The notes: a model not told the origin generated them from the sequence alone. DNA of 64,000 bases from an uncultured Bifidobacteriaceae bacterium (GCA_964532485.1 CAZHKE010000008.1:745-64744), one strand, 5' to 3'. Shown: positions 1 through 9,142, numbered from the stretch's first letter. A program made the numbers and translations.

Positions 1-513
1 ACCGATCAGGATCGGCGGGTGCGGCTGCTGCACCGGGCGCGGCTCCGCGGTGTAGCCCGTGACCACGTAGTACTCACCCTGGAAGTCGAACTGCCCGCCC
101 GTGAAGCAGCTCTTGATGATTGACAGCGCCTCCTCGAGCCGTTGGATGCGCACGCCGGGCCGGTCGTAGGGGATCCCGAGCGCCTGGTAGTCGGCGGTCA
201 TCCACCCGGCACCGATGCCGAGCTCGACCCGCCCGTCGGACAGCAGGTCGATGGTGGCGGTCTCCTTGGCGGTGATCGCCGGGTGCTTGTAGTCGTTGGC
301 GAGCACGAGGTGCCCGACGCGCAGGGTGGTGGTCGCCTCCGCGGCCATCGCGATCCCCACCATCGGTGCGACGGGCGTGCCGACGAAGTGGTCGGGCGCG
401 AACAACGTCGAGTACCCGAGGTCCTCCATCTTGCGCGCCCGCTCCTGCCACTCGTTCGGTGCGGCCGCGCTCGAGCACTGGACGCCGAATCGGAACTTGC
501 GATCGTGGGCCAT
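1..513 (-). CDS. LLM-class (luciferase-like) F420-dependent oxidoreductase, C-terminal part cut by window edge
   Basis: Not in the ORF track because it runs off the window. Reverse strand from ATG (complement of 511-513) reads MAHDRKFRFGVQCSSAAAPNEWQERARKMEDLGYSTLFAPDHFVGTPVAPM..., paralogous to the adjacent 534..1472 product. Track ORF 74..547(-) is a different Arg-rich frame. Confidence 0.8.
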   Translation of the reverse strand, partial: MAHDRKFRFGVQCSSAAAPNEWQERARKMEDLGYSTLFAPDHFVGTPVAPMVGIAMAAEATTTLRVGHLVLANDYKHPAITAKETATIDLLSDGRVELGIGAGWMTADYQALGIPYDRPGVRIQRLEEALSIIKSCFTGGQFDFQGEYYVVTGYTAEPRPVQQPHPPILIG

Positions 514-533
514 GGGAGGAGGCTAGGTGACGG

Positions 534-1472
534 CTACGTGCCCGCAAGACGAGCCACGACGGGCGCGAACGCGTCGATCTGGTCGTGGGTGATGACGTGG
601 TACGTCATGTCCCAGCGCTCCCGGCGGCGCTCGAGCGTCTCGGTCATCGAGTCGACCGTGCCCACGAGGGCGACGGGCGAATCGAGGACCTCCTCGGGCT
701 CGGTGTCAAAGGCCGGTGCCATCGCCGTCGCCATGCCCATCGGGTCGTCGGTGAAGTGGACGAAGCCGGCGAACGCCTGGATCTCGATCTCGTCGTAGCG
801 CCGGCCGGCGGCAGCACGCACCCATGCGAGCTTCTCGTCGGTGCTGACCGGGTTCATGTTCGGCGCCTGCCCGGGATCGCCGGCCTGGCCGCTGCGGAGG
901 TTGCCGTTGATGCCGATGACGTCGGCCTCCTCGGCCGCGAGGGTCAGCACCTTCTTGCCGCCGCCGCCGATGACGAGCGGCATCGGGCGCTGCACCGGCT
1001 TGGGCATGCCGTCGAGCTCGGTCACCTGGTAGTGCTCGCCGCGGAACGTGAACGGGCCGTCGGCGGTGAGGCCCCTGAAGATCGCGATCGCCTCGGCGAG
1101 GCGCGCGATGCGGACGCTCGGCTTGTCGAGCGGCAGGCCCGCCTTCTCGTAGTCGACGGTCATCCACCCGGCGCCGAGCCCGAGCTCGAGCCGGCCGTCG
1201 GAGAGCAGGTCGAGCGTCGCCGCGTCGCGGGTCATCACCACCGGGTGCCGGTAGTCGTTGCCGAGCACGAGGCAGCCGACGCGCAACGTCGTCGTCGCCT
1301 CGGCGGCGAACGCCATCGCGGGGAACGGCCCGAACGGGTGGTCGACGAAGTGGTCGGGCACGTACAGCGTGGAATAGCCGAGCGCCTCGGCCTTGCGTGC
1401 TGTCTCGCGGTACTCCGATGCCGACGACGCGCCGGGGGCCATCACCCCGAACCGGAACGCGCGGTCAGCCAT
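534..1472 (-). CDS. LLM-class F420-dependent oxidoreductase
   Basis: 312 aa; FRFGVMAPG...GYSTLYVPDHFVDHP...ELGLGAGW pattern of luciferase-like monooxygenase family; ATG at 1472. Confidence 0.85.
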   Translation of the reverse strand: MADRAFRFGVMAPGASSASEYRETARKAEALGYSTLYVPDHFVDHPFGPFPAMAFAAEATTTLRVGCLVLGNDYRHPVVMTRDAATLDLLSDGRLELGLGAGWMTVDYEKAGLPLDKPSVRIARLAEAIAIFRGLTADGPFTFRGEHYQVTELDGMPKPVQRPMPLVIGGGGKKVLTLAAEEADVIGINGNLRSGQAGDPGQAPNMNPVSTDEKLAWVRAAAGRRYDEIEIQAFAGFVHFTDDPMGMATAMAPAFDTEPEEVLDSPVALVGTVDSMTETLERRRERWDMTYHVITHDQIDAFAPVVARLAGT

Positions 1473-1495
1473 GGCGGCGCACGCTAGTCAGTCCA

Positions 1496-1538
1496 CTGGT
1501 TGCGTCCCTCACCCGCGCATTCAAAGGTGGGGGACGCA
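1496..1538 (+). repeat. 43-bp palindromic (hairpin) repeat, copy 1, forward orientation
   Basis: CTGGTTGCGTCCCTCACCCGCGCATTCAAAGGTGGGGGACGCA; stem GCGTCCCTCACC / GGTGGGGGACGC; same 43-mer family as 1557, 19544, 20547, 37880, 60099. Confidence 0.9.
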
Positions 1539-1556
1539 CGTCGATGCTCTCGGTCC

Positions 1557-1599
1557 TGCGTCCCTCACCCCGCAATGCGCGGGTGAGGGACGCAACCAG
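1557..1599 (-). repeat. 43-bp palindromic repeat, copy 2, reverse orientation
   Basis: Reverse complement reads CTGGTTGCGTCCCTCACCCGCGCATTGCGGGGTGAGGGACGCA. It is separated from copy 1 by 18 bp and ends 1 nt before the dut stop codon. Confidence 0.9.
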
Positions 1600-1600
1600 A

Positions 1601-2038
1601 TCAGCGGCCCGTCGAGCCGAAGCCGAACGCGTCGCGCGACGTCGCATCGAGGGCGGCGACCTCGTGCCAGTCGACCTCGGTGTCGACGGCGGTGATCACC
1701 AGCTGTGCGATGCGATCGCCGCGGTGCACCGTGTACGCCTCGGTCGGGTCGGTGTTGACGAGCAGCACCTTGAGCTCCCCGCGGTACTGCGCGTCGATCA
1801 GCCCAGGCGTGTTGAGGCACGTGACGCCGTGCTCGAGCGCGAGCCCCGAGCGCGGCACCACGAGCCCAGCGTGGCCCGCCGGGATCGCCACCGCGACTCC
1901 GGTGGGCACGAGCGCCCGTCCGCCGCCGGGGGCGAGCGTGACGTCCGTCCGGGCGTGCAGATCGTACCCGGCGTCGTGCTCGTGCTGCTGGACCGGCAGC
2001 TGCGCCTCGGGGACGAGCCGGGTGACGTCGATGCGCAT
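1601..2038 (-). CDS. dut: dUTP diphosphatase
   Basis: 145 aa; AGYDL...PRSGLA...GLIDAQYRGEL...GDRIAQLV...FGSTG motifs of trimeric dUTPase. Confidence 0.95.
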   Translation of the reverse strand: MRIDVTRLVPEAQLPVQQHEHDAGYDLHARTDVTLAPGGGRALVPTGVAVAIPAGHAGLVVPRSGLALEHGVTCLNTPGLIDAQYRGELKVLLVNTDPTEAYTVHRGDRIAQLVITAVDTEVDWHEVAALDATSRDAFGFGSTGR

Positions 2039-2084
2039 CCCGGGATACTGCCGCGAACCGCGGCGCGGACCGCGCCTCGGGGAC

Positions 2085-2672
2085 TCAAGCGGCGAAGTCG
2101 CCCACCAGCTCCTCGCGCTGCGCCTCGTCGAGCGTCACGTCTGCCTGCCACTCCGGATGGTCCACGACGATCCGCACGGGCGCGGCTGCGTCGGCGAACG
2201 CCGCCTGCTGCTCGGCCGTGAAGGGTCCGAACTTCAGGTAGTGGACCGCCGACGTCATGTCGTCGCGGGTCAGTCGCTCGGCGTTCTGCTCTCGAGCAGG
2301 CATGACATCGCTGCCGATGACGATCTTCACGAAGTCCTCGACGTTGGTGAGCTTCGGCAACCAGTACCGCAGCGCCTCGTCGTCGGTGATCTCGATGAAC
2401 AGCGTGCACGACAGCTCGCCGTCCTCGGGGATCAGCTCGTTGTACGTCGCGATCTCGTGCGCGATCTGCTCGTCGCGCAGCATGCGCTCGGCGCGCGCCA
2501 TCTCCTGGATCTGGAAGCGCATCGTCGACGCGTTCTCGAACACGACCGACATGATGTCGCCGAGCGCGATCCGGCGTCGCTTCTTCGCCGCGATGATCTC
2601 GGCGCGGAACTCGTCGCGCTCGCGCTCGTACTCGCGAAGATCCTTGATGTCGGCGTGCGTGAGCTTGCGCAT
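2085..2672 (-). CDS. DUF3501 family protein
   Basis: Internal ATG at 2672 ([22 protein letters not shown]...), 10 nt after the stop of the upstream Fe-S gene. The track ORF start at 2825 would overlap that gene. Sequence pattern and position after a CCG-type Fe-S protein and rubrerythrin fit DUF3501. Confidence 0.7.
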   Translation of the reverse strand: MRKLTHADIKDLREYERERDEFRAEIIAAKKRRRIALGDIMSVVFENASTMRFQIQEMARAERMLRDEQIAHEIATYNELIPEDGELSCTLFIEITDDEALRYWLPKLTNVEDFVKIVIGSDVMPAREQNAERLTRDDMTSAVHYLKFGPFTAEQQAAFADAAAPVRIVVDHPEWQADVTLDEAQREELVGDFAA

Positions 2673-2682
2673 CGACTCGTCC

Positions 2683-3987
2683 CTACTGCTCGTCGTCGTC
2701 GAGCCCGTAGGCGCGCGCGAGCACCTGCACCGGGTGCACCGGCAGCTTCGACGTCGCCTCCCGGATCGCCGTGTTCGCGAGGTGGCAGTCGCCGGCCACG
2801 AGCTCGGTCTCGGCCTCCTCGACACGCTCCATCAGCGGCTTGGCGATCTTGTGGGCCATCTCGACGTTCTGGGCTCGAAGCCCCCACGTGCCGTCGATCG
2901 CCGAGCAGCGCTCGACCATCTCGACCCTCGCACCCGTCAGCGCCATCAAGTCGCGGCTCTTGGGACCGATCTGCTGGGCCCGGTAATGACACGCGGCGTG
3001 CCACGTGATCGTCTCGTACGTGACCCCGTCGAACCGGGTGTCGAGTGGCTCGTCGCGGTGACGCGCCATGAGGTACTCGGCGACGTCGAACGTGTGCTCC
3101 GCGACCAGACGCGCGTCGTCGGTGCCCAGGAAGTCGGGGTACTCGTTCTTCAGCACGTACGCGCACGTCGGCTGCGGCACGAGCACATCGGCCCCTGCCT
3201 TCACCGCTTCGACCAGCATGGCGACGTTCGTCTTCGCGGCATCCTCGAACCGCGGCACGTCACCCGCGTCGAGCCACGGCATGCCGCAGCACACCTGCCC
3301 CTCGGGCAGCTCGCACGCGATGCCGTTGCGCTCGCACACCCCGACCGTCGCCTTCCCGATGTCGGGCTGCTGGTACTCGACGAGGCACGTCGGGAACAGC
3401 GCCACCCGCTCCGCGGCTGGCTCGGCGCGGACCGCCGACTCGTGGCGGGCGAACCACTTCGAGAAGCGCACCCTGGCGAAGCTCGGCAACAACCGGTCGC
3501 GCGCGATCCCCGTCGACTTCTCCATGAGGAACCGGACCGGCTTGACGTCGTTCGTCTTGTTGACGAGGCCCGACAGCGCGGTCGCGACCTTCCCTTGCAG
3601 GTCGGTGCGCGCCAGAAGCCGCGCGCCTCGCTGCACCTCACCCTTCTTGGCCTGGAGCGCGAGCGATCGCAACATCAGCCGCGGGAAGTCGACCTTCCAC
3701 TCCTGCTGCTGATCGGGCGTGTACGGACAGGCGACGTAGCAGAGCTTGCACTGGTAGCACTCGTCGACGACCTGCTTGTGCTCCGCGTCCGTGAGCACGG
3801 ACACGTCCTCGGCGTCCTCGTCCTCGTCGATCATTCGGAACAGGTCCTTGAACGACGGGCAGAACTTCACGCAGATGCGGCAGTCCGAGCAGATCTGGAA
3901 CGTCCGGTCGCGTTCGGCGCGCGCGTCCTGCTCGTCCCAGTAGCCGGGCTGGAGCGGGTCGTAGAGATGCTCGGTCGCGGTGGCCAC
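2683..3987 (-). CDS. (Fe-S)-binding protein, heterodisulfide-reductase/GlpC-like with CCG domains
   Basis: 434 aa; two ferredoxin-type motifs ([24 protein letters not shown]) and Cys-rich CCG-type segments (QVCCGMPW); GTG start with AGGAAGGG upstream. Confidence 0.85.
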   Translation of the reverse strand: MATATEHLYDPLQPGYWDEQDARAERDRTFQICSDCRICVKFCPSFKDLFRMIDEDEDAEDVSVLTDAEHKQVVDECYQCKLCYVACPYTPDQQQEWKVDFPRLMLRSLALQAKKGEVQRGARLLARTDLQGKVATALSGLVNKTNDVKPVRFLMEKSTGIARDRLLPSFARVRFSKWFARHESAVRAEPAAERVALFPTCLVEYQQPDIGKATVGVCERNGIACELPEGQVCCGMPWLDAGDVPRFEDAAKTNVAMLVEAVKAGADVLVPQPTCAYVLKNEYPDFLGTDDARLVAEHTFDVAEYLMARHRDEPLDTRFDGVTYETITWHAACHYRAQQIGPKSRDLMALTGARVEMVERCSAIDGTWGLRAQNVEMAHKIAKPLMERVEEAETELVAGDCHLANTAIREATSKLPVHPVQVLARAYGLDDDEQ

Positions 3988-4017
3988 GGGTCATCCCTTC
4001 CTGGGGAGAGTGCCAAC

Positions 4018-4045
4018 GGCCCCGGAGCAGCGTCGCCCCGGGGCC
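4018..4045 (-). terminator. GC-rich stem-loop downstream of rubrerythrin
   Basis: GGCCCCGG / CCGGGGCC 8-bp stem with about 12-nt loop, 23 nt after the rubrerythrin stop; no U-tract. Confidence 0.35.
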
Positions 4046-4067
4046 GCCCATGTCGAGCCGCGTCGTG

Positions 4068-4487
4068 TCAGCTGACCGACTCGAGTCCCTGGGTGAAGCG
4101 ACCGGCGTGGCTCTTCTCGGCCCGCGCCAGCGTCTCGAGCCACTCGGAGACCTCGTCGAAGCCCTCGTCGCGCGCGGTCTTCGCGAAGCCCGGGTACATC
4201 TCGGTGTACTCATAGGTCTCGCCGGCGACCGCGGACTTGAGGTTCTCGGTCGTGGCGCCGACCGGCTCACCGGTCACCGGGTCGCCGACCTCGGCCAGGA
4301 AGTCGAAGTGGCCGAACGCGTGACCCGTCTCACCCTCGGCGACGGAGCGGAACAGCGCCGCCACATCGGGGTAGCCCTCCACGTCGGCCTTCTGCGCGAA
4401 GTAGAGGTACCGGCGGTTCGCCTGGCTCTCCCCCGCGAAGGCTTCCTTGAGGTTGCCCTCGGTCTTGCTTCCTTCCAGCTTTGGCAT
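4068..4487 (-). CDS. rubrerythrin-family diiron protein (no rubredoxin domain)
   Basis: Start at internal ATG 4487 ([31 protein letters not shown]...) preceded by GAAGGAG. E...ExxH diiron motifs ([16 protein letters not shown]). The track ORF start at 4682 would overlap the Fur-family gene (4532..4972) and is an Arg-rich extension. Confidence 0.9.
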   Translation of the reverse strand: MPKLEGSKTEGNLKEAFAGESQANRRYLYFAQKADVEGYPDVAALFRSVAEGETGHAFGHFDFLAEVGDPVTGEPVGATTENLKSAVAGETYEYTEMYPGFAKTARDEGFDEVSEWLETLARAEKSHAGRFTQGLESVS

Positions 4488-4504
4488 CGTGTGCTCCTTC
4501 TTTC

Positions 4505-4535
4505 CTCGTCGGATCAGGCTTGCTCGTCGGATCAG
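4505..4535. repeat. 13-bp direct repeat (period 18) in the fur-rubrerythrin gap
   Basis: CTCGTCGGATCAG at 4505-4517 and 4523-4535 (minus strand CTGATCCGACGAG x2). The second copy includes the stop codon of the Fur-family gene. Confidence 0.8.
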
Positions 4536-4972
4536 CGGGCGACGGCCTCGCCCGCGGCCGCGCACTCGTCGCAGACTCCGCGGAACTGGACCTCCACGTC
4601 GTCCACCTGGAAGCCCCGGCGCGCGCTCGCCGGCACCCGGAGCTCCCCGACGTCGACGATGACGTCGCGCACCTTCTTGCATCGGGTGCAGATGAGGTGG
4701 TGGTGCCGGTCATCGACGTTGGGGTCGACACGGACGCTGCCCGTGCCGAGGTCGAGGAGCGTGACCTCGCCCATCAGCTCGAGGTCGTGGACCGTCTGGT
4801 ACACGGTCTTGCGCGAGATGGTGGGCATCTCGGCCCGGGCCGCCTCGTACAGCGACTCGACGGTGGGGTGCTCGTCGTTGCCGTGGAGCAGGCGGAAGAT
4901 CACCTGGCGCTGGGGGGTCACCCGCAGGCCCTCGGCCCGGAATCGCTCGGTGAGCTCGTCGACCGGTGTCAC
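4532..4972 (-). CDS. Fur-family transcriptional regulator (PerR/Fur-like)
   Basis: 146 aa; LRVTPQRQVIFRLL wHTH, HHHLIC..C and C-terminal CDEC metal-site motifs; directly upstream of rubrerythrin. Confidence 0.9.
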   Translation of the reverse strand: MTPVDELTERFRAEGLRVTPQRQVIFRLLHGNDEHPTVESLYEAARAEMPTISRKTVYQTVHDLELMGEVTLLDLGTGSVRVDPNVDDRHHHLICTRCKKVRDVIVDVGELRVPASARRGFQVDDVEVQFRGVCDECAAAGEAVAR

Positions 4973-4978
4973 GAGGGA

Positions 4979-5000
4979 ACCTTATCAACAATGATTGTCG
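4979..5000 (-). promoter_or_regulatory. Putative Fur-type 7-1-7 operator plus -10 element of a leaderless fur transcript
   Basis: AT-rich island in GC-rich DNA. Minus strand reads CGACAAT-C-ATTGTTG (4986-5000), followed by TAAGGT (complement of 4979-4984) 6 nt before the GTG start. Confidence 0.45.
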
Positions 5001-5028
5001 TCTAGCAACCCCTGTCGCTCTGGCGGGG

Positions 5029-6003
5029 CTACTGCTGGAGCGCGCCCTGGCCGAGCTGCTCCCGCAAGGCCGCCTCGAACTCGGCGACGGAAGCGCCGGC
5101 GTGGCGCTCCCGCAGGCTCTCGAGCACCGGGTAGCCGGCGTCGCGCTCGGCGTCCCACTCGTCGGCGAACCGGCCCGACGCGATGTCGTCGAGCAGCTCG
5201 CGCATGCGCGTCGCCAGATCGATCTCCGCGAAGGCCTCGCGCCGCGACAGCTGCCCGTACTGGCTCGTCGGCGAGTGGAAGCCGAACTGGTACGCGTAGC
5301 CCTTCTCGCGCACCAGGCGCATGGTGCGCTCGGTCTCCCCCGAGAGGAGCGTCTCGACGATGATCGCCTCGAGCGGGATGCCGTGCTCGAGCAGGCACTC
5401 GATGTAGGTGGTCGTCATGTGCGTCATCACCGGGGCGCGCACCTGCTCCTCCGCGAGGTCGAGGATCGCCTCCTGACGCGGCGTGAGCTCGATCGCCCCC
5501 TGGCGCAGCCCACCGATGGCCTTGGCGACCGCGAGCGTGCGGTCCTTCGCGCGGCCCGTCACGTCGCGGTGGGCGCCGACGGCCGTGATGAAGCCGATGC
5601 CCTCCTCGTAGCAAGCACGCACCTCGGGGCCGAGCATGCGCGGGGCGACCATGCCGATGTCGCCGTCCGGGTCGAAGCGGTCGAACGCGAGCGTGTAGCC
5701 ACTCGCGACGATCGTCAGACCCTCGGCGGGTCGCTGCAGGTCGAGCAGCGGGATGACGTCGTCGGGCACCAGCACGCACGCGATGTCGGCATCGCCGGCG
5801 TCCGCGATCTCACCGGGCGTGAAGCCGTCGTCGGCAGCCTGCTCGCGAGACGCATCGGCCCGCACGCAGATCTGCACGTCGAAGCCCGAGTCGCGCAGGT
5901 TCAGCGCCCAGGAGCGGCCCTGGTTGCCATAGCCGACGATCGCGACCGAGGAGCCTTCGATCGCGGCGAGGTCGGCGTCGTCGTCGTGGAAGATCGTCGC
6001 CAT
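5029..6003 (-). CDS. ketol-acid reductoisomerase-like protein (divergent class I KARI paralog)
   Basis: 324 aa; VAIVGYGNQGRSWALNLRDSG Rossmann motif, MVAPRMLGPEVR, knotted C-terminal domain with LDLAEEQ and SPTSQYG; no ilvBN neighbours. Confidence 0.75.
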   Translation of the reverse strand: MATIFHDDDADLAAIEGSSVAIVGYGNQGRSWALNLRDSGFDVQICVRADASREQAADDGFTPGEIADAGDADIACVLVPDDVIPLLDLQRPAEGLTIVASGYTLAFDRFDPDGDIGMVAPRMLGPEVRACYEEGIGFITAVGAHRDVTGRAKDRTLAVAKAIGGLRQGAIELTPRQEAILDLAEEQVRAPVMTHMTTTYIECLLEHGIPLEAIIVETLLSGETERTMRLVREKGYAYQFGFHSPTSQYGQLSRREAFAEIDLATRMRELLDDIASGRFADEWDAERDAGYPVLESLRERHAGASVAEFEAALREQLGQGALQQ

Positions 6004-6064
6004 GGCGCCGAGGGTACGCGGCTGACGCGTGCCACGTCACTTCGCCGTCACTAGGGTGCGCGCC

Positions 6065-6241
6065 ATGTCGAACCGCACCCGGGGCTTCGTCTTGGTGGTC
6101 GTGGCGCTGCTCGCGCTCGCCGCGAACATCATCGACGCCACCAACGACGGCGCGTCCGTCTGGAACATCATCGCGATCCTCTGCTTCGCGATCGTGCTGT
6201 TCGCGGGCTTCGAGCTGGTGGCCAAGTCACCACCGTCGTGA
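6065..6241 (+). CDS. small membrane protein (two predicted TM helices)
   Basis: MSNRTRGFVLVVVALLALAANII...WNIIAILCFAIVLFAGF; its stop overlaps the GTG of the next gene (GTGA). Confidence 0.5.
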   Translation: MSNRTRGFVLVVVALLALAANIIDATNDGASVWNIIAILCFAIVLFAGFELVAKSPPS

Positions 6242-7737
6242 CCCGCGTCGCGCCCGACCTGCTCGTGGGCGACATCGTCCGCCATGCCGCCCGGGTGACA
6301 CCGCACGAGCTGGCTGCCACGCTCGGCGACGCCGAGACGACGTTCGGCGCGCTCGACGATCGGTCGAACCAGGTCGCGCGTGCGCTCGCCGCGCGCGGGA
6401 TCGGCGTCGGCGACCGGGTCGCTTGGTGGGGCGAGACCTCGCTCGATGCGATGCCGATCTTCAACGCGCTCGCCCGGGTGGGCGCTGCCTTCATGCCGGT
6501 GAACGCACGGCTCGGCGCCGACGAGGCCAGCGAGGTGCTCGAGTACGCGAAGCCGAAGCTGCTCGTCGCCGACGAGCCCCACGCGGCGCTCGCGAGGGAC
6601 ATCGACCAGGCGGCGCTCACCCACGACGAGCTCTTCACGGCCGCGGACCGGGAGGGGCCGGTCGACGCCGGCAACCCCGACGGGCTCACGGAGCGCACCA
6701 CGCACGTGGTGTTCTTCACGAGCGGCAGCACCGGCCGACCGAAGGGCGTCGTGCTCTCACACCGGACGAGCTGGCTCCGCTCGTTCCAGGGCAACCTCAC
6801 CGACCACTCGGGCGGGACCGTGTGCATGTTCCCCCTGTTCCACATGTCGGGCTGGTCGATGACGGTCAACGCATGGCAGACGCGGTGCCCGGTGCACTTC
6901 GCGACGACACCCGACGCGCCGACGCTCCTGGGGACGGCGGAGCGGCGGTGCGCGACGCGCCTGTACCACATCCCGGCGGTGTGGCAGCGCGTGCTCGAGC
7001 ACGATCGCTCCGGCTACGACCTCTCGGCCGTGCGCGAGTGCGACACCGGCACGTCGGCGACGCCGCCCGAGCTGCTCGCGGCGATCAAGGACGCGTTCCC
7101 CGGGACCGTGACGCGGATCTACTACGGCAGCACGGAGGTCGGCCTGGCGGCGATGCTCGCCGACGGCGACATCGCGCGGAAGCCCGGCTCGGTCGGACCC
7201 GCGGCCGTCGGCGTCTCACTCGCGCTGATCGACGGCGACGAGCGCCAGGGCGAGGTCTGCGTGCGCAGCCCGTTCTTGATGGACGGCTACTTCGAGCATC
7301 CCGGTGCGAACGCCGAGGCGCTCGCACCGATCGAGGCCGGCGGCCCCCCCTGGTACCACACCGGCGACCTCGGTGTGCTCGACGAGGAGGGCTACCTGTC
7401 GATCGTCGGGCGCGCGCGCGACGTCATGCGCACCGGCGGCGAGACCGTCGCGCCTGCTGAGGTCGAGGCTGCGCTGGCCGACTTCCCCGACCTCGACGAG
7501 GTCGCGGTCGTCGGCCTCCCGAGCACCGAGTGGGGTGAGGTCGTCACCGCGGTGGTCGTGCCGCGACCCGGCGCGGCGGTCCCCGACGTCGAGGCGCTGC
7601 AGACCCACTGCGAGGGCCGCCTGGCGCGGTTCAAGCAACCGCGGCGCGTCGAGGTGGTCGAGGCACTCCCCCGCACCGCCGCCACCGGCCAGATCCAACG
7701 CACCCTGCTCGTGGAGCGCCTCGTCGCCGAGGGCTGA
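6238..7737 (+). CDS. AMP-dependent acyl-CoA synthetase/ligase
   Basis: 499 aa; FFTSGSTGRPKGV AMP-binding motif, YHTGDLG, C-terminal FKQPRRVE. Confidence 0.9.
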   Translation: MTRVAPDLLVGDIVRHAARVTPHELAATLGDAETTFGALDDRSNQVARALAARGIGVGDRVAWWGETSLDAMPIFNALARVGAAFMPVNARLGADEASEVLEYAKPKLLVADEPHAALARDIDQAALTHDELFTAADREGPVDAGNPDGLTERTTHVVFFTSGSTGRPKGVVLSHRTSWLRSFQGNLTDHSGGTVCMFPLFHMSGWSMTVNAWQTRCPVHFATTPDAPTLLGTAERRCATRLYHIPAVWQRVLEHDRSGYDLSAVRECDTGTSATPPELLAAIKDAFPGTVTRIYYGSTEVGLAAMLADGDIARKPGSVGPAAVGVSLALIDGDERQGEVCVRSPFLMDGYFEHPGANAEALAPIEAGGPPWYHTGDLGVLDEEGYLSIVGRARDVMRTGGETVAPAEVEAALADFPDLDEVAVVGLPSTEWGEVVTAVVVPRPGAAVPDVEALQTHCEGRLARFKQPRRVEVVEALPRTAATGQIQRTLLVERLVAEG

Positions 7738-7755
7738 CGTCGGGATCGCACGAAT

Positions 7756-7771
7756 CTGACGCTTGCGTCAG
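7756..7771. promoter_or_regulatory. Perfect 7-2-7 palindrome upstream of the ABC transporter operon
   Basis: CTGACGC-TT-GCGTCAG, 19 nt after the ligase stop and 61 nt before the binding-protein start; could be an operator or a small terminator. Confidence 0.3.
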
Positions 7772-7831
7772 CCTCGGGCCGTGGGGGATGCTCCGCCCGT
7801 CCAACGAGACACGAGTCAACCAGGGGGGAAC

Positions 7832-9142
7832 ATGAGGGTTCGTCGGCTCGGTTCGGTCTTGGCCGCCATCGGTTGCACGCTCGCCATCGGCACCGCCGGC
7901 GTGGCGTGGGCCGGTGGCAACCCCGACACCGACTTCTCCAAGCTCAAGCCCATCAAGGAACCGGCCAACTGCAAGGAGGGCGATGGCGTCACCGACGACA
8001 CCATCAAGGCCGGGTTCATCACGATCACGAGCGGACCGCAGGCCCAGAGCTTCGCCCCCAGCACCGAGCAGGGCGTCCAGGCGCGGATCGACGAGGCGAA
8101 CAGCTCGGGTGAGCTCGGCGACCGCATGATCGAGCTCGTCACCAAGGACGACCAGGGCAACCAGGCCAACAACCTCACGGCCGCGCAGCAGCTCGTCGAA
8201 GAGGAGGGCGTCTTCGGCATCATCGAGATCTCGAACGCGGCGGACGGCAGCGCCGAGTACCTCTACGACGAGAAGATCCCGGTCGCGGGCTGGCACATCG
8301 GCCAGAAGGAGTGGGGCATCTACCCCAACATGTTCTCCTGGCGGAACTCGGTGCCACCCGATCCCGAGACCACGTTCACGAGCCGCGCCGGTGACGTGAT
8401 GAAGGAGCTCGGCGCCAAGAAGATCGCGCTCGTCGGCAGCAACATTGCGTCGAGCGCAGTCTTCATCGACCAGACGAAGCAGGCGATCGACAAGACGAAG
8501 GGTCTCGAGGTCGTCTACGAGACGACCGACGTCACGCCCGAGCAGCAGGACTTCACCGGCATCGCCGACCAGATCAAGTCGAGTGGCGCCGACGGCGTCT
8601 ACACCGGCCTCGCCGGCCTCCAGGCCAACGCGCTGAGCCAGGCCATCAAGCAGGCCGGCGTCGACCTCGAGGCGATCGTGTTCCCCGGCGGGTACGACGA
8701 CCGCGTCGTCAGCCTCCCCGGCTACGAGGGCGCGTACCTCGGCACCGAGTTCAAGCCGCTCGAGGTGGGCGCGCCCGGCCTGACGAAGTACACGGACGCG
8801 ATGGAGGCGGCCGGCTTCGAGCCGGAGCGCTTCTTCGCCATCCAGGGCTACTTCGGTGCCGACGCGTTCATCCAGGGCATCAAGGCCGCGGGTGTCGACT
8901 GCCCGACGCGCAAGGCGTTCATCAACAACCTGCGGCTCGAGGAGGGCTACGACGCGGGCGGCGCGTTCGTCCCGGTCGACTACGCCGAGATCTTCGGCCG
9001 GCCCTTCTACTGCGTCTACTACGTGCAGATCCAGAGCGGCGCGTTCGTACCGGTGAACGACGGCGAACCGATCTGCGCGACGAAGCTCTTCGAGGACGAC
9101 AAGACGAAGAAGCTCTCGAAGGCCGAGCAGGCCAAGGGCTGA
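7832..9142 (+). CDS. ABC transporter substrate-binding protein (branched-chain amino acid / LivJ-like)
   Basis: ATG at 7832 after GGGGGGAA; signal peptide MRVRRLGSVLAAIGCTLAIGTAGVAWA; Peripla_BP_6-like body; followed by Liv-type permease and ATPases. Confidence 0.85.
   Translation: MRVRRLGSVLAAIGCTLAIGTAGVAWAGGNPDTDFSKLKPIKEPANCKEGDGVTDDTIKAGFITITSGPQAQSFAPSTEQGVQARIDEANSSGELGDRMIELVTKDDQGNQANNLTAAQQLVEEEGVFGIIEISNAADGSAEYLYDEKIPVAGWHIGQKEWGIYPNMFSWRNSVPPDPETTFTSRAGDVMKELGAKKIALVGSNIASSAVFIDQTKQAIDKTKGLEVVYETTDVTPEQQDFTGIADQIKSSGADGVYTGLAGLQANALSQAIKQAGVDLEAIVFPGGYDDRVVSLPGYEGAYLGTEFKPLEVGAPGLTKYTDAMEAAGFEPERFFAIQGYFGADAFIQGIKAAGVDCPTRKAFINNLRLEEGYDAGGAFVPVDYAEIFGRPFYCVYYVQIQSGAFVPVNDGEPICATKLFEDDKTKKLSKAEQAKG

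Noticed and set aside
74-547. 157-aa ORF on the minus strand at the window start.
   Set aside because: Arg-rich frame. The real gene is the LLM oxidoreductase in another frame, starting at 513 and running off the window.
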